The notes under the pieces are model-generated. The model had not been told where the DNA came from, made no database searches, and worked only from the letters and a program-made list of their open reading frames with translations. A stretch of 62,557 nucleotides of DNA, counting the filler, from Choristocarpus tenellus KU-1152 (taxonomy: Eukaryota; Protista; Phaeophyceae), in NCBI GenBank assembly GCA_964200185.2. It is 9 parts of 9 records of this genome, joined end to end, with 100 filler letters (N's around TTAATTAATTAA, not from the genome) between each part and the next. Parts side by side here need not be neighbours in the genome. Positions count along the whole stretch, not along the records: positions 48,246 to 53,503 come from CAXNAD020011336.1; positions 53,604 to 56,187 come from CAXNAD020026540.1; positions 56,288 to 62,557 come from CAXNAD020008519.1; 6 more parts are not named here. One strand, 5' to 3'. The position numbers were made by a program, and so were the translations under genes. Below are positions 49,550 to 62,557 of this stretch, in pieces (position 1 is the first letter of the stretch; the number at the start of each line of letters is the position of its first letter).

Positions 49550-50081
49550 GGCATCATGTCGAGAAGGAAACGGAACTAAGCACCCAATCGGTACATCTAA
49601 TTTTATCACCATTTTCTACATGGCAGGATCTGACCTACATAAAAAATTATGCATGTCACAGGCAGTGATGGGATCTACCCAAGCTATACCATTGTCTGAA
49701 AAGCTGTCGGGTGAAAACAATGGTATGACCACCTCCACAAAAAGGGACAGCAGGACAAGTTGTCACAGTACTAACCCCTAACCCCTAACCCTAACCCTAT
49801 AACCCTTTAGTCCAATCAACTCAGCTAAAACAAAAAAAATAATGCAGAGGTTCTTTGAAACTCGGAACAGTCTCTGTATTGTCCTTGCTTCTTGCTTCTT
49901 GATTCTTCACTTGAATCGGGAAGTTGTTTTCACACATGGTATCAGCAATGCACGACAACATCAACAGCATAAACCGCCTCGCAATGACGTGACAACCCCT
50001 TGTTCAAAATGGATGCTTGCTTTCCCGGATGTGGGTTGGAGGTAGGGTAGGAGGGGGGAAAGATGAAATGGAAAGGCTCAC

Positions 50082-52707
50082 CTATCACCGTACGTGGCCT
50101 TGAATCTGTTTTTGACCTCCTCCAGGAAGGCGAAGGGGACTCGTCGACGGCTCTCCTCATCAGCCATGCATAGGTACGTGAGGCTGTCATCAACCCAGTA
50201 ATGAAAAACATACCTGATAATAGCATTTTGTTTTTTGATCACATCACATCACATCACATCACATCGCACCGCGATGGAACAAGCGGTGTACCATGTCAGA
50301 ATACGTCATGGAAAAAGTGACATCATAGACCCTCGTGTTGACTCGGAAACTGTTCCACATCATGGAAAAAGTGACATTTGTAAAAGTAAAGGGTTATGTA
50401 CACGGAGGGGTGAAACGGAAACCGAAGTATCTCATCGGCGAGGGTGGCAAAGGAGCAGCGGATTAGTTCATGGGGTTGAGGGGAGGCAAACAAGCAAGAG
50501 AGTAAGGGGAGACAAAATGCACTGTACGCTGACATGAAACTGCAACACAACACACTCCCAACGCAATAAAGGTTGCATGCAGGCTTAGCAGAGATGTGCA
50601 CCAGCCGGAAGGTAGGGCGGATATCACACCTCAGCTTCTGAGTAGAAGTCATAGATAGGCAGAGTAGACTGTCAGATCTCAACACCTCTGAATGAGAATG
50701 TAGAGGGACATTACACACTCTCATGATAATATCAAAATTAGTAACACCAGTACAGGTGCCAAAGGGGAACCACCTATACACTCTACTACAGTACTTGTCA
50801 ACAGCATCCCACAAAGTCACACATTCACATAAATAAATAAATAAACAAAACATAAATGTTCGTGCAAGACTTTAGTCACCAACATAGGTGGCTGTCTATT
50901 CAGGGCCCATTTTCCATATCAAGTTTTTTTTTGTGTGATTTGGTTACATGCATTAGATGGACAATGTAAGTGCACTTCTCCTGTTCAGGGTCCGAATGGA
51001 CACCCTGGTGTAGATTCCCCATCCTCAAAGTTACATTTTCCCAAAAAAACATTAGAACACTAAAGTAATAACATTATGTATAAAAACTNNNNNNNNNNGT
51101 TTAAAACCCCCCCCCCCAAAGATACTTTGACCCAGGCAAACGAGAGAAGATGAATGTGTTGACATATTGCAATACTGCTTTAATACTATAATGTGATATC
51201 CAGTCAGAGGGGCAAGTTCTATGGTTGCAGTAAGTTCACCTCACCCAACAGGATAGGGTGCTGATGTTTCTTTCACTGGGTTAGGGTTAGGGTTCCACCT
51301 CTTTACATAGTTTGGTACATCTTGGGGCTTGACTAGCAGAGACGTATGTACATTGGATTTACATGTTCAAAGTTCCCGACAAATAGATCTCATCTAACGT
51401 ACGGTGTTACCCCTAACCTACCAAGATAGGGCCAACATCAGCGTGGACAACTGTTGTAGTATACGTAACAAACCAATAGATATCAAGCAAGTATCAGAAA
51501 TGTCACAACCGCATGACTGGCATCTCTCCTGAGTGGTCATTCTTGAAAGGCATTTACACAGAGAAAGATGACCACCCCCACAAATGCCATCTGCAACAAG
51601 GGTGTCTGCCGGTTGGCGCTAGACTCGAGATCAAAAGTATCTACCCTAACCCTAAACCCTAACCCTAAAGTGCAAAAAATGACCCCATTACCTCCAAATT
51701 CCTGAAAAATTGCATCACTCAGAGCATTGCCCCACACGCTTAATTGTTTTACAGGCATGCTGCATAACGTTTACCTAGTGATCCATAAAACACTTAGAAT
51801 ATATTACCCAAGCTGCAAATAAGTAAAGCACGCCAAGCATGGTCAGCCACCTCGGCATGCAGATTGTCTTTCTTACTTGGACAATAAATATACTCAAAAG
51901 GACCTGCCTCCATTTTGAACTACGCATCATCAGTGTAAAAAAAAGGCAGTGCACAGTAGATTACAAACTAATTGAAATTCGCATAGAGTAGAAAAGGTCA
52001 ACCTGACCAAGAGTATCAAGGGAATGCCACAAGTTCCAACAGGGGTTTTGAAGGTCAACAGTAAGATCTGAGACCTTCACAACCCCAGAAGTGTGCACCA
52101 AATCATCCACACATCCCAATGACATTTCTTTTCAGATGAGAACAAGCGTTTACCCATTCTGCGCGATTTAAAAAAAAGACAGAAACTTTATGACAATAAA
52201 AAACGCAAGGACAAGGAACACGACCGATGGCGTACATCACATAAACTCACTGGTCGTAGACGTAGCTCATTTTGCCATCCTCTTGAGGTATTCTTCCTAG
52301 AAGGAGACGAGTCACTGTCGGAAAGTTTCCACTTGTGAGGGTGTACTCCGCCAGGACCGCTGTCCCTCGAGCAACGAGAGCATAAAGCTGCCAGTTGCGG
52401 TAAGATTGGGGTTTCACGTGGTGTTTGGGCTTTTGGAAGGGCGTATGTTCGATGATGTAAACACCACTATGGGATACACGATGGAAAGAAACGCTCTACT
52501 TACAACAGAGCATGTCAGATGGGCTGTTACATGTCATCAAATCCTAATTGCTAGTCCACAACACAACTAATATTGTACTGAGATATTGTTACTATGATCA
52601 ATGCCAACCAAGCGGAAGAGAAGATGAAGGAAATTGAGGCCAGCATCAGGAACAGGGTCTGATAGATAGATATCACAACCCATGACAACTCGACTCACAA
52701 TTGTCAT
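50082..52707 (-). CDS. VAMP7: VAMP7-type longin R-SNARE, 5' part; exons complement(52699..52707, 52251..52387, 50082..50213)
   Basis: Spliced MTILYALVARGTAVLAEYTLTSGNFPTVTRLLLGRIPQEDGKMSYVYDQYVFHYWVDDSLTYLCMADEESRRRVPFAFLEEVKNRFKATYGD is a classic VAMP7 longin domain. Splice sites are GT-AG and in phase. The SNARE/TM exons lie beyond the contig. Confidence 0.93.
50886..51133. mobile_element. MITE family A copy (intronic, disrupted, spans a 10-N gap at 51089-51098)
   Basis: Internal GGATGGACAATGTAAGTGCACTTCTCC..CCGAATGGACACCCTGGTGTAGA-like sequence and right end AGATACTTTGACCC. Confidence 0.7.
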
Positions 52708-53503
52708 CGAGACACTCGTGTCTCGCACTACTCATATAGGGGATGAAGGTTTACCTCATTCTTTATCATATATATGTTTTTTATTATTATGCCCTCTGAC
52801 ATTTTGCAGATGTGTCAGTGGGGAAACCAATGAAAACTTTATGTTCGTCGTTATTAGCCCTAAATTTATCATGTTTTTTTCATAGTGTACTTTAACGTTC
52901 AGTTACTAGTCAACGTCATCAACGACCTCGAACCCTTACACCCCAAACCAAACCAATGGTCGTGTCCCTTCTGCTTTGGTCGCGAATTTAGATTATCAAT
53001 TACCCTCGTCCTACCCTTCCATCCACTCTGCTCCTCAACCAATAATATATAATTAATTCTTCCTTGCCTCCACAAACTATCCTTGTTACCCCACAAACTC
53101 TTCGGCCCATTTCACATATATATATCGAATGACCAACCAGTGCGACCAAGCTTCGCTACTGGTTTCCAATCACCAAGCACTGGGATCAGTCTCCATATAT
53201 CCAATGGGCAATCAATGGGATCAATCTTTCCCACTGGTTTCCAGTCACTAACCAATACGACCAATTTCCGCGAATCCACTCCACCTTCCTCCATCACACT
53301 CTACAAACTCTCCACCTCTCCACAACACTCCACATTAATCCAACAACACCCCCCAACCATCCACTTCAATACTGTGCCTTTGAAGATATATATCCCTCGC
53401 CCGAACTTGACTCCCCCCCCCCCCCAACATCCCCCTCATCATGAGCAATGAAGATGGTGGGTGGATGGGAACGGCTGCTTGGGGGGTGCCTTTGATCTTG
53501 TCC

Positions 53504-53603
53504 NNNNNNNNNNNNNNNNNNNNNNNNNNNNNNNNNNNNNNNNNNNNTTAATTAATTAANNNNNNNNNNNNNNNNNNNNNNNNNNNNNNNNNNNNNNNNN
53601 NNN
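53504..53603. other. Artificial contig linker
   Basis: N44-TTAATTAATTAA-N44. Confidence 0.98.
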
Positions 53604-53835
53604 CCAGTCTTGCCCTAGTAGGAGATGTTGCCTCTGCTTTGCGAAAGGGGGGGGGGAGCTTGATGCAGACCCTCGTTCTGAGGAGCTCTCCCATCCCAAA
53701 GCAGGGTGACTCACCATTAGATGTACAATCTAGTTGTTCATCTCGCTCCTCCACGTCATCCCTCTCTGACGACTCTTCCTGTAGCGACGGAAGTGGGGAC
53801 AGGTTTGTTCTAGGTGAGAGGCCGTCCTTTGGCAA

Positions 53836-54094
53836 GACTGAAAGTATCTTAGAGCGTTCGAGTTTTGCCGTGTTTGTCCATTTGGGGCTTGGCTTCCCAT
53901 GGGTTCTTTTAGAACATTTTCCTACTCCAAAATATTTTGGAGTAGGTAAAATGTACACGTTATGAAAAGGTGTGTCAGGAACAAGGATATAGAGACTTCC
54001 TAACAAACACGATAGCCAAAACTACATCAAAATCGCAACATTGGATTGTGACCCCCAAATGGACTCGGATCTATCCTCGAAGATACTTTGGGTC
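53836..54094. mobile_element. MITE family B copy (reverse, complete)
   Basis: GACTGAAAGTATCTTAGAGCG...CCTCGAAGATACTTTGGGTC. Hairpin CCTACTCCAAAATATTTTGGAGTAGG. Confidence 0.85.
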
Positions 54095-54477
54095 GTAAAA
54101 AAGGAGGCAATTTTTCTAATGATCCTCACCTGATGAAGGGAGCGTAGGTCAGATTGTCAAGGATATGGCTGTTGACCCTTCCCCTGGTGATGGGGAGGGA
54201 GGTCAGGTTAACATGAGTTTGTCCAGAGACACTATCCGAGATGGTGAAGTGAGTGTAGGATGTGTCTCATCCTTGAGTTCGCAGCACTTGCCTCAGGCAG
54301 GTGCTGACCCAACTGCTGCCCGTACTGCAGCTCGCCAGCTGGAAGGCTTTCTTACCAATCCAGTCCATGAACCTTGCGCTAAGTTGGGTAAAACTACACA
54401 GGTGACTCGTGCCAGAGCTGAAGGGAGTGCAGGTGATGTTAAGTTGATGTCTCTTCTTGCTAGTGTAGAGAGGCAAT

Positions 54478-54679
54478 GAGCCAAAGTATGTTAGAGGATA
54501 GGGCCGCGTCCATTCGGGGTCATACATCCAATGTTGCAATTTGGATGTAATTTTGGCTATCATGTTTGTTAGAAAGTGTCAATACCCTTGTTTCCGAGAC
54601 ACCTTTCCATATCATATATATATTGTCTACTCCAAAACATTTTGGAGTAGGAAATTGTCACTTAATAAAACATGGGAAG
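54478..54679. mobile_element. MITE family B copy (right end deleted)
   Basis: GAGCCAAAGTATGTTAGAGGATAG... joined directly to Copia RNase H sequence. Confidence 0.8.
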
Positions 54680-55140
54680 AGGAGCCATCCATGTGGCTAT
54701 CAACCCTTTGAGTTCTGGGAGGACTAAGCACATAGATGTGCGACATCATTTCCTAAGGGATTTGGTAGCCAATGGACAAATAAGGATTGTTCATATTACC
54801 TCAGATGATCAGCATGCAGATGTGTTGACGAAGCCCTTAGCAGAAGAATCTTTTTAGAGGCATGCAGGGGCTTTGCTGAATTTAGACTATGTTTAGTGGT
54901 TTGTTTCTTCCGGAATTTGATTTTTTTTGTTTTGTTTGAATTTATTTTTCTTCAGTGAGTTCAATACCTGATTGTTTTCTTGTCAGTTCTCAAGTGTTGT
55001 TTGAGCTAGGGAGGGTGTTCGATTAAGACTCTTCCAACTCTATCGGACAGTTATGGTAAACTGTATGTGGAGTAAGAAAACAATAATTAGTTATTAAGTT
55101 ATCAGAACCTTTTACTAGTGATTAGCTATATGAGAACATG
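54680..55140 (+). mobile_element. Ty1/Copia 3' end: RNase H remnant, polypurine tract and start of 3' LTR
   Basis: GAIHVAINPLSSGRTKHIDVRHHFLRDLV..GQIRIVHI.SDDQHADVLTKPL (KHID and ADxxTK motifs, premature stop). PPT AGGGAGGG at 55008-55015 sits directly before TGTT at 55016. Confidence 0.88.
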
Positions 55141-55149
55141 TCTCCAATA

Positions 55150-55620
55150 TAAAGAAATAATTTCTGAGTTTTTGGGGTGCTGCATGCCAAACTTAGCTTT
55201 AACCAATCACTCTACAGACATCAATCTCCCTGGGTTTATCACCTTAATTATTTTGGATGATTTGGGCGATACTTTAACAAGACCCTCCCCACCAGATATG
55301 TAGTAGGCATAATCAGTCCTCTTGATACCGACTTCATCAGCCTTACAGGCAGAACACGAGGATAGGAGGTTGAATGCTAGATTGGGGAAACGAACGTCAG
55401 ATTCTAGAGTGACATGTGGCCACCCATCATGACCTACTCTGAAGGTTAGGTCGAGCGTCCCTTGATAGGTGATGATGTGCCATCGGCCACTGTCATTTTG
55501 CGGCCTTCTCGGCATAGTTTGTAGTTGTACATATGTTTGTTGGGTCATTGGTCACGCTGTTGACCTTTGGCTACCCCCGAATCAAAGCACCATCTCTCTA
55601 AGCCAAACATTCTCACCTTG
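55150..55620 (-). mobile_element. Ty1/Copia protease-region remnant
   Basis: Across frameshifts: ERWCFDSG..., MYNYKLCREGRKMTVADG..., GTLDLTF...FPNLAFNLLS. These match the Copia W..DSG and P.L..NLLS motifs. Confidence 0.7.
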
Positions 55621-56187
55621 TCATGATCGGCTAGGGCAGCCAATGTAACCCTAAATCTACTTCCTCGTCTATTTTTCTTTATTGGTTCCAACCCTAATCC
55701 AGCTAATACTTCCCTCTGTTCAGACAGGGTCGTCCTTCCCTGGCGATAAACGTACTGCAGCTGTCCTTTACTCCCACGGTTGTCAAGCAGTCCTGAAAGA
55801 ACAATGACCTGCTTGTTTGATCAGACCACAATTGAACATTTTTCACGGATCTTGATCTTGTGCAAATTACCTTGGGAGGTAATGCTATTTCTCAGTAGTG
55901 AAGATGAGAGAGTGTGAAGCCTCACACGACCCCCTTTGCTAAACGTGAAAAAATAATGAGTGGTTGAAATTTAGAAGAGTGACCTTTGTGTATGGTGTTT
56001 TCTAATTGCTTGTTTATTATTTATTTGTGCTTCCTATCTGAGTCAACGGTCATGTCAAAGTTAGTTGAATGCAGAAAAAATATCAATACATAATTCCATA
56101 CATAATCTGGATGTACTATTTTATTAGTTACATCACATGGACTCAATTCAACACAACAATCTCATATACACAAAATAAGGTACACCT

Positions 56188-56287
56188 NNNNNNNNNNNNN
56201 NNNNNNNNNNNNNNNNNNNNNNNNNNNNNNNTTAATTAATTAANNNNNNNNNNNNNNNNNNNNNNNNNNNNNNNNNNNNNNNNNNNN
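56188..56287. other. Artificial contig linker
   Basis: N44-TTAATTAATTAA-N44. Confidence 0.98.
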
Positions 56288-56365
56288 CCTGAGATACTTT
56301 GGCTCTGAGTGAAGTATGTCTGCCCCAGCTAACCCTTTCCCCTGTGTGGGTCTTACGGCAGGCAA

Positions 56366-56490
56366 GAGTCAAAGTATATGAGAGAGATACCCAGAGTTGC
56401 ATTTTAAGTATGACAAAATAAGCACTAAATTCGACTCTTCTTACAAATGTGTCTTAGGATATTTTCTGAACCGTGTCTGAAAAGTTTCAA
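56366..56490. repeat. Interspersed repeat family C copy (reverse)
   Basis: Begins GAGTCAAAGTATATGAGAGAGATACCCAGAGTTGCATTTTAAG, the reverse-complement match to 21370-21652. Confidence 0.65.
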
Positions 56491-59400
56491 ACAATGCAGG
56501 AATAAACACTGTCAAGTGAAACCTACAACTTCATCTCTAGAAACATGGGTGAATTGCAAAAGATTGAAAACAGACAATAAATTCCAAAACGACCAAAAAT
56601 GGGTACCACCCATTCATTTTGGCTTCAAGCAACAACGCTGAGAAAAACACAGGCATGATTATTGATACCTTTGCAAGCATGGTGTGGAGACAAGAGTTAG
56701 GTCAGCACTCTGGGCTATCAAAAACGGATAGTGGTCACTCACCAACTAGGGGAAGCAGGTACCAGCCAATCCAATCAGCAGCCAGGCCACCTTCCGACAC
56801 CGACCTTTGAAAGCTTTGCTATGCAAGTGCAGGATGGAAAAGAACATAATATACGTCCATAGCACTGAAGACTACAATTGTTTGCTTCAGGAAGCTGTTC
56901 CCTTAACAAATTCCTCAGGTTGAAAACGCCATTCGATACCAGACTTCTTACCACGAAAATCTGGTTCTTGACAATCCAATTCCACAAGGGAATCACATAA
57001 GATCGTTCACCTCTACTATCCTGCTTCCGACTGTACCACAAAAAAATGCCAGACCAAAAACGAAGTAAACACGAGGTTCAGCACAAGGTTTGAGGAAGGA
57101 GACGCAACAATGTGCGGCAGGGGTGCTGGACCCAATGCAGGAAAAGCAAGGATGGAGGAACACATTGTGCATGGGTACTCCAAGTACTATCCAGCTTTCT
57201 TACTTGTTGATACCACGAAATCGTGAAAGAAAAACAAGAAACAAACCCGAACGAGGAGGCAAGTCTCTGTTGTTTCTGTTGGGTGATGCTGAGGAAGGTC
57301 CAGCACAAAGAAGATTTGAGGGAGGAAGTAGGTCCGCGATGAAAGGTATTTATCCTCAGCATAATTATTGATGTTGTTGTATCTCGAGTTGTCTCCGCAT
57401 TTGTCAAGTACTTACTAGAGTGAACTTTGGATGGTTAAAATCAGATTTCTATGAAACGCGGTGTGGCGTTTGCTTGGGTTCCAAATTCATGAAACCCGAG
57501 CGGGCAAAAACCTCCACTTACCTCGGATGCATGGGGATACTCAGAGCCAAGCCACTTGAGAGGCAGGCAGGTTCGGGCCCTTTATCATTCTAAGCCATCC
57601 TTGCTACCCTGTGCAACACACTCTACCTAGTTGGGTTTATGTGCTCAATAGCGTACGCAAAATTGTTCTTCCCCCTTTCCACACACAAAGTGACACTACA
57701 ATCAAGCAAAGGCTCTTTCTGTATTTTTATAAGACGCCATCTTCTTCCCCCTTAACGGGATCCATAAAATGAAACATTGTTCACCAATAAATTGCTTAGG
57801 CCCTCATTCATTGGCTGAGGCTTGTACTAGCATTAACAAAAATAGGGATACAACAACCAGACTTCTTACCAGATCATTTCAAGGCATGGGTTACCTCACT
57901 GAGATATGTTCAAAACACGCCTTAAGAGGATTGAACATCACTACCTCATGTTGTCAATGATGAGAATTTAAACTCCTAACTGATCCCCCTAGCTCCATAC
58001 AATACATAGTAGTACATTGCTTCTACCATAACAAGGTACAGTCTACCCAACAAAGATACCTAAATTGGTATGGTCTAACTCGGGTGTAATACTTGAGGAT
58101 TGAAGGTATCAATCTTCTTGTAGAAGTCAAAGTACTACCCTTGCCTTCTGTGATTTGAACCAATTAGAAAAAAAAGTCTTCTATCGCTTTTACTTTAAAA
58201 GATGGCTTCACAGGATAGAAAGTGATCTACCCTACCAACGCTACATTGACGGTGGCAGTGTTTGTCACCAATGGACGATCCAAAGACAAGTTGGAGGTTG
58301 TGGGTAGACCAAGTATCAGCAATGTTGGTTAAGGACAGTTCTACGTACAGAAAGTGTAAAGTTTGGTGAGATCTTTTACGTTCCTGGGTATGCTCCATAT
58401 AGCTCTGGGTCTTAAGAGTATGGTGGATCCAGTACAGAACATTGTGAGAACCATCTTCCAACTAAAGAACACCTTTAAGGTGACCTATCTTGAAGATGTG
58501 TTGTTCATATAAAATCTGTTTTTGGTATGTTGAAGTTACCATCTGCTTGAAGTAAATATTGAGTGGTTTGAGAGGGCCTTGCACACCCCCTCATTCACTT
58601 TTTCACTTTTTCACTCTTTCTTGAGCGACCTTCTGGGGTATAGCTCTCCCTCTTGTCTTGTCTCTCTCCATTTATTTCCTTCTGCAGGTCTTCCCACTCC
58701 CCTTGAGTCTGAAGAACATGTCAGCCTGTTTCCATCTGTTTCATATCATACTTCTATTAGTGCTGTTGTTGTACTACTATAGTCCAAAAACACCAATTTG
58801 GGAGACTGCCTGTCCTGATACAACCTTTGACGACCCTGAACGATCACGATACACTTACGATTATGTATCATCTTTAACCTAGGATGCTAAATACGAGAGG
58901 TCACCCTTCATACGTATATATATATATATATATATACACACCCAAGTACAGCACAGGGTTTTTTGTCATACCTATGTGCATGTACTTCCAAACAGGCGAG
59001 GAGCAGACGTTTTTGCGCACACGTCAATGACTTACGAACTTTTGGTGCATGAGTCACTTCCATGTGTATTTTCTTGTGCCGACACCGTTGGTGTGTTGAA
59101 AGCTGCCCTGGAGCGCCACAAGCACCTTTGAGAATCACCGGCATAATATGTACACAGTAGTAGTACAAGTATAACTCCTCTCGCTTTTGAGATATAGAAT
59201 CATACGTCACTGTTATCGGTCAGAGAGTGCCATCTTAAACACACATAATCAAATCAGTGGAGGTTTCCATATCCCTCATCATTATTCAAATGGCTACAGT
59301 ATGTATTTCCTGACAGACCTGAAAAAAACTTTAAAAAGAGGTTTCTACACATTTGGATGAGTTTTATAGAAACGTACGTAGGAATTGTCCATACCTACTA

Positions 59401-62400
59401 CGGTGAATTTCATCTGACATACATGCTTCCATATGTATGGAACGCCTTAGCCTTAAATCATGTCTGCCCACAGCCTGGTCCAGATGAAAACCCTGACAAA
59501 CAGCAGTATGTATCAGTAAGAATTATCACACCAACAAGAACAAGTAGTAGTCATTTAAGGCTTACGAGGTTTACATACATATACTTCAAATGCATTCTCC
59601 AACAACACACCTCACCTATCCTTTATCCATTAAAAAACGTCCTTGTCACAATCAATAACAAAAATATAGGACAAAGGACTAGATAGGGCTTACATTGCAT
59701 TAAATCACTTCACTTCACTTCATGCATGAGATTGAGGTTGGGATAAAACCAACACAAATACACATAGATTTATATCTTTTGGAAGACAATAGTAGTATTA
59801 CTGTGCAATAGAGGGATATTGACCCTTCATATGAAAATTTTACATAGTTTGCCCACATTACATGCTTCAAAAAGTACTTTCTAAATTTCAAATAAAGTTG
59901 AACACACATCCCTTTGTTTTCCATCATTGCAGCAAGGCCTTAAGGCCCATGTCACTTCATCTTGTCACCCTACTTGCTTGTTTTTCATCATGTTAGATTA
60001 AAATGATTGGAATATTATTATCGCGTTTATCTGGTGCCCCAAGTCAATGGTGAGATTAAAATTTATTCTTAAATACTTGTGAATTTAGTGGTACACCACA
60101 CAACACGTCCATGTGAAGAGTTTGGCAAACTTGTGCCCTTTGGTACAACCCTGCAGTTTTCCACACAGCGGAGACCAAGCAACACCGCCAGACAAGAAAG
60201 GACCAAATTTGAGGGAGGGGGATTGGACCTGCAGTGGGGTGGATGAACCCAAATCACAAGAAACAAAGCACAAACTGGAGGTAGATGGTCTGTTGTTATA
60301 TAGGGGCTGTTGTAGTGTATGGTTGTCCAGACGAAAAGTCCATTTAGATCGCAATAGTAAAGTGAGTCATTCATTACAAGTGATAAGATCAACAATAGTA
60401 TGAGTACAGAGTCAAACTAATCGAGAGGTACTCAGGTTTTGGTAAAACCCGTTATGCATTTAAAGTCATTTTTTTCATCTTTTACATTTCAACCTTATTT
60501 CTATGGAAGAAGTGTTCAGATTGACTTGAGAGTGTTGATTTCTCTGTTGTTTTCAAACCTTCAATACAATTCAGAGAGTTAGGGTAAGCATTTCTACAAT
60601 ACGACCAATTTTGTACATTTGTCAGCATTCTTAATGCAACCCTCACTACCTCTCCTTTACTTTGCCTCACAACACCACAACGCTCATAGTAAGAATGATA
60701 GTAGCAATAATAAACTATAGAGATAATCATGGAAATAGTAATGAAAATAATACAGCATTCCAATAGTTCCAAAACTACAATAACAATAGTAACAGAAGGG
60801 TTAACATTTCTCCTACTACTACTTCCCTATAATCCAGAAGCTTCACACCTAAATCAAGTGTTCAACGCTTGGAAATCCATCTCCTGGAAACAACCACCTC
60901 TGAACACACTGCCATACACTCTCCAAGCACCTTTCAAGTAGTATTTCTGAGTACAAGGTACATTGGTGTAGGATCGTCTTTGACATCATCCTCCGTTTCA
61001 CCTCCAGGAATCAAGACTAAAAATATATTGGATCTAGTGCAGTCAACAACATGGCGTAAATTTGACTCTTCATTATTACTACTACCAATTGATCGGTTGA
61101 CCCAGGATTACATCTACGAAATCTGTGATTAAGTCGACTCAACTAGATATTTTGTAATTTGGCCGGATCCACTCGTAACTCTGCAGACCTTTGTGGGTTG
61201 AGGCCCCACCCATTGCATACCCTTCTCACCGAGTCCTATCATACTTTACCTTCACAATTCATCACACCATAACAGTGCTTCATCTAAACCAACACTTGCA
61301 TAGCAAGAAGATTTTACAAAATGGAGTATGTAACAACAGGAAAACATCATCAGTGTAAGACGCAGAGGTATGCACGACATCCACAGTACACAAAAAGTAA
61401 CAAGATTGCTCTAAGGGAGCGCAAACGATGACATGGGTACCCCAACAGCTCCCACGCTCCACAGCACGGACCACAACTCACCTTGGGCTCTTATCACAAA
61501 CTCCGCCTCTCATGCCAAACTGTCACACACGGATATCAGAATCCGTAAATTGACGGTCTCTCATCTCCCCACCCAAATCAGAAGCATCTCTCTTCCCATG
61601 CATTCAACTACCCAACCATTACTATATACAGTTTCACAAAACAACAAAAAAATAAGAAATACCACCCCTAAACAACGCCATGAATTATCGGCCACCAGGA
61701 AGGTAGAAAAGGGTTCGATACAAACAACCCTGGGCACAGCTGCAAGATTTCATGCTTCCTTGTTCCACTTGCCATACAACCCCACCAACCACAGACACAC
61801 AACAATACCCGCAGCACCACCATAAGCCCCTTCTCATGCAATTGTCCCCTGGAGTGACTTGACTTTGAAACAACACAAGGTGGCACTACGCCTGTCACCA
61901 TCAGACCCACTCCAACAAACCATTCAAATCTACTGCCTGCACCTGTACACCTCACAAACAGAGATTTCGGTATTGAGAAGCATCATTTCATCTCCATGAG
62001 CCGGTGAGCACAACTCTACTGGTCTTTCATGCTTGTACACAGCACCCTGTCGAGCTCGAGCTTAGCTTCCTCACTGGCCTGTAGCAAGCAGAAGGAGTCA
62101 AACATCGTTCAGGGAAGCACATGTGCCAACTAAGGCACCAAGCTTCACTTTTGTCTACTACACCCTTCTAAGCATTGGGGATGGAAGACTGCAAGAACAA
62201 AAACATCTGCACAATAGAACAAGAATAGGTCTCCCCTCCTTTCTTACATCAGAGTCCTCTCAGGCGGGTTTCACTCAATCTACAAAAAAAACTTCAAGTG
62301 CTGGAGATCGGTGCAAAAGGTGCTCCCATATACACCAACCAAATGAACCAAATATACTTGCCTGTCCCAGCAACCAATGTAATACGGAATCTGTCCAAGA

Positions 62401-62557
62401 ACATGCATGCACAGGGTTCTGACCTGCCTACAGCACTGGACCAAGAACATCTGCTCCAGAGTACTGAAGTATGCTGGTAACACAGTGGGTACAGTACCAA
62501 ACAAACAAGAAAATTCACAATGCCCATCCTTCAACTCCAATCTCCCACACCCTCTAC

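Noticed and set aside
53548-54006. ORFs with recurring LPTPK.FGVGKC..PSPKWTN peptide (also 34473, 37332, 23214) as a small protein family
   Set aside because: They are chance translations of MITE family B copies, with frames broken differently in each copy.
60113-60403. RanBP2-type zinc finger (REGDWTCSG)
   Set aside because: The remaining three cysteines and the Asn are absent at the required spacing, and no supporting splice sites were found.
61433-62557. Gene or LINE ORF at the window end
   Set aside because: Multiple short broken frames with no recognisable catalytic motif. It cannot be supported without a search.

Overview
Eukaryotic, intron-rich genomic DNA, not prokaryotic. It is most likely an ochrophyte (brown-alga-like stramenopile), judging from a signal-peptide+ASAF plastid-targeting leader, long GT-AG introns and (CCCTAA)n repeats. 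The window joins 9 unrelated contigs with artificial 100-nt N44-TTAATTAATTAA-N44 linkers, so synteny across linkers means nothing. Most ORFs in the six-frame track are spurious, and real genes had to be spliced by hand. Complete genes: RPL28 (5 exons), a 2-exon 52-aa membrane microprotein missing from the ORF track, and an apparently intronless MORN-repeat gene. Partial genes: an opine/octopine-type dehydrogenase head-to-head with RPL28, an orphan signal-peptide/TM gene, the 3' part of a bacterial/fungal-type TPR protein with a C-terminal membrane anchor, NDUFB9 head-to-head with a plastid-targeted orphan, and VAMP7. The rest is decayed transposons (hAT, pogo-like, CRE-like LINE, Copia, Gypsy, a solo LTR), minisatellites and three MITE-like families sharing a GRSYSAAAGTAT terminus, with nested insertions. 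I found no convincing multi-gene novel system. The best leads are the microprotein, the shared-terminus MITE set, the opine dehydrogenase, the membrane-anchored TPR protein and telomeric repeats sitting at intron branch points.
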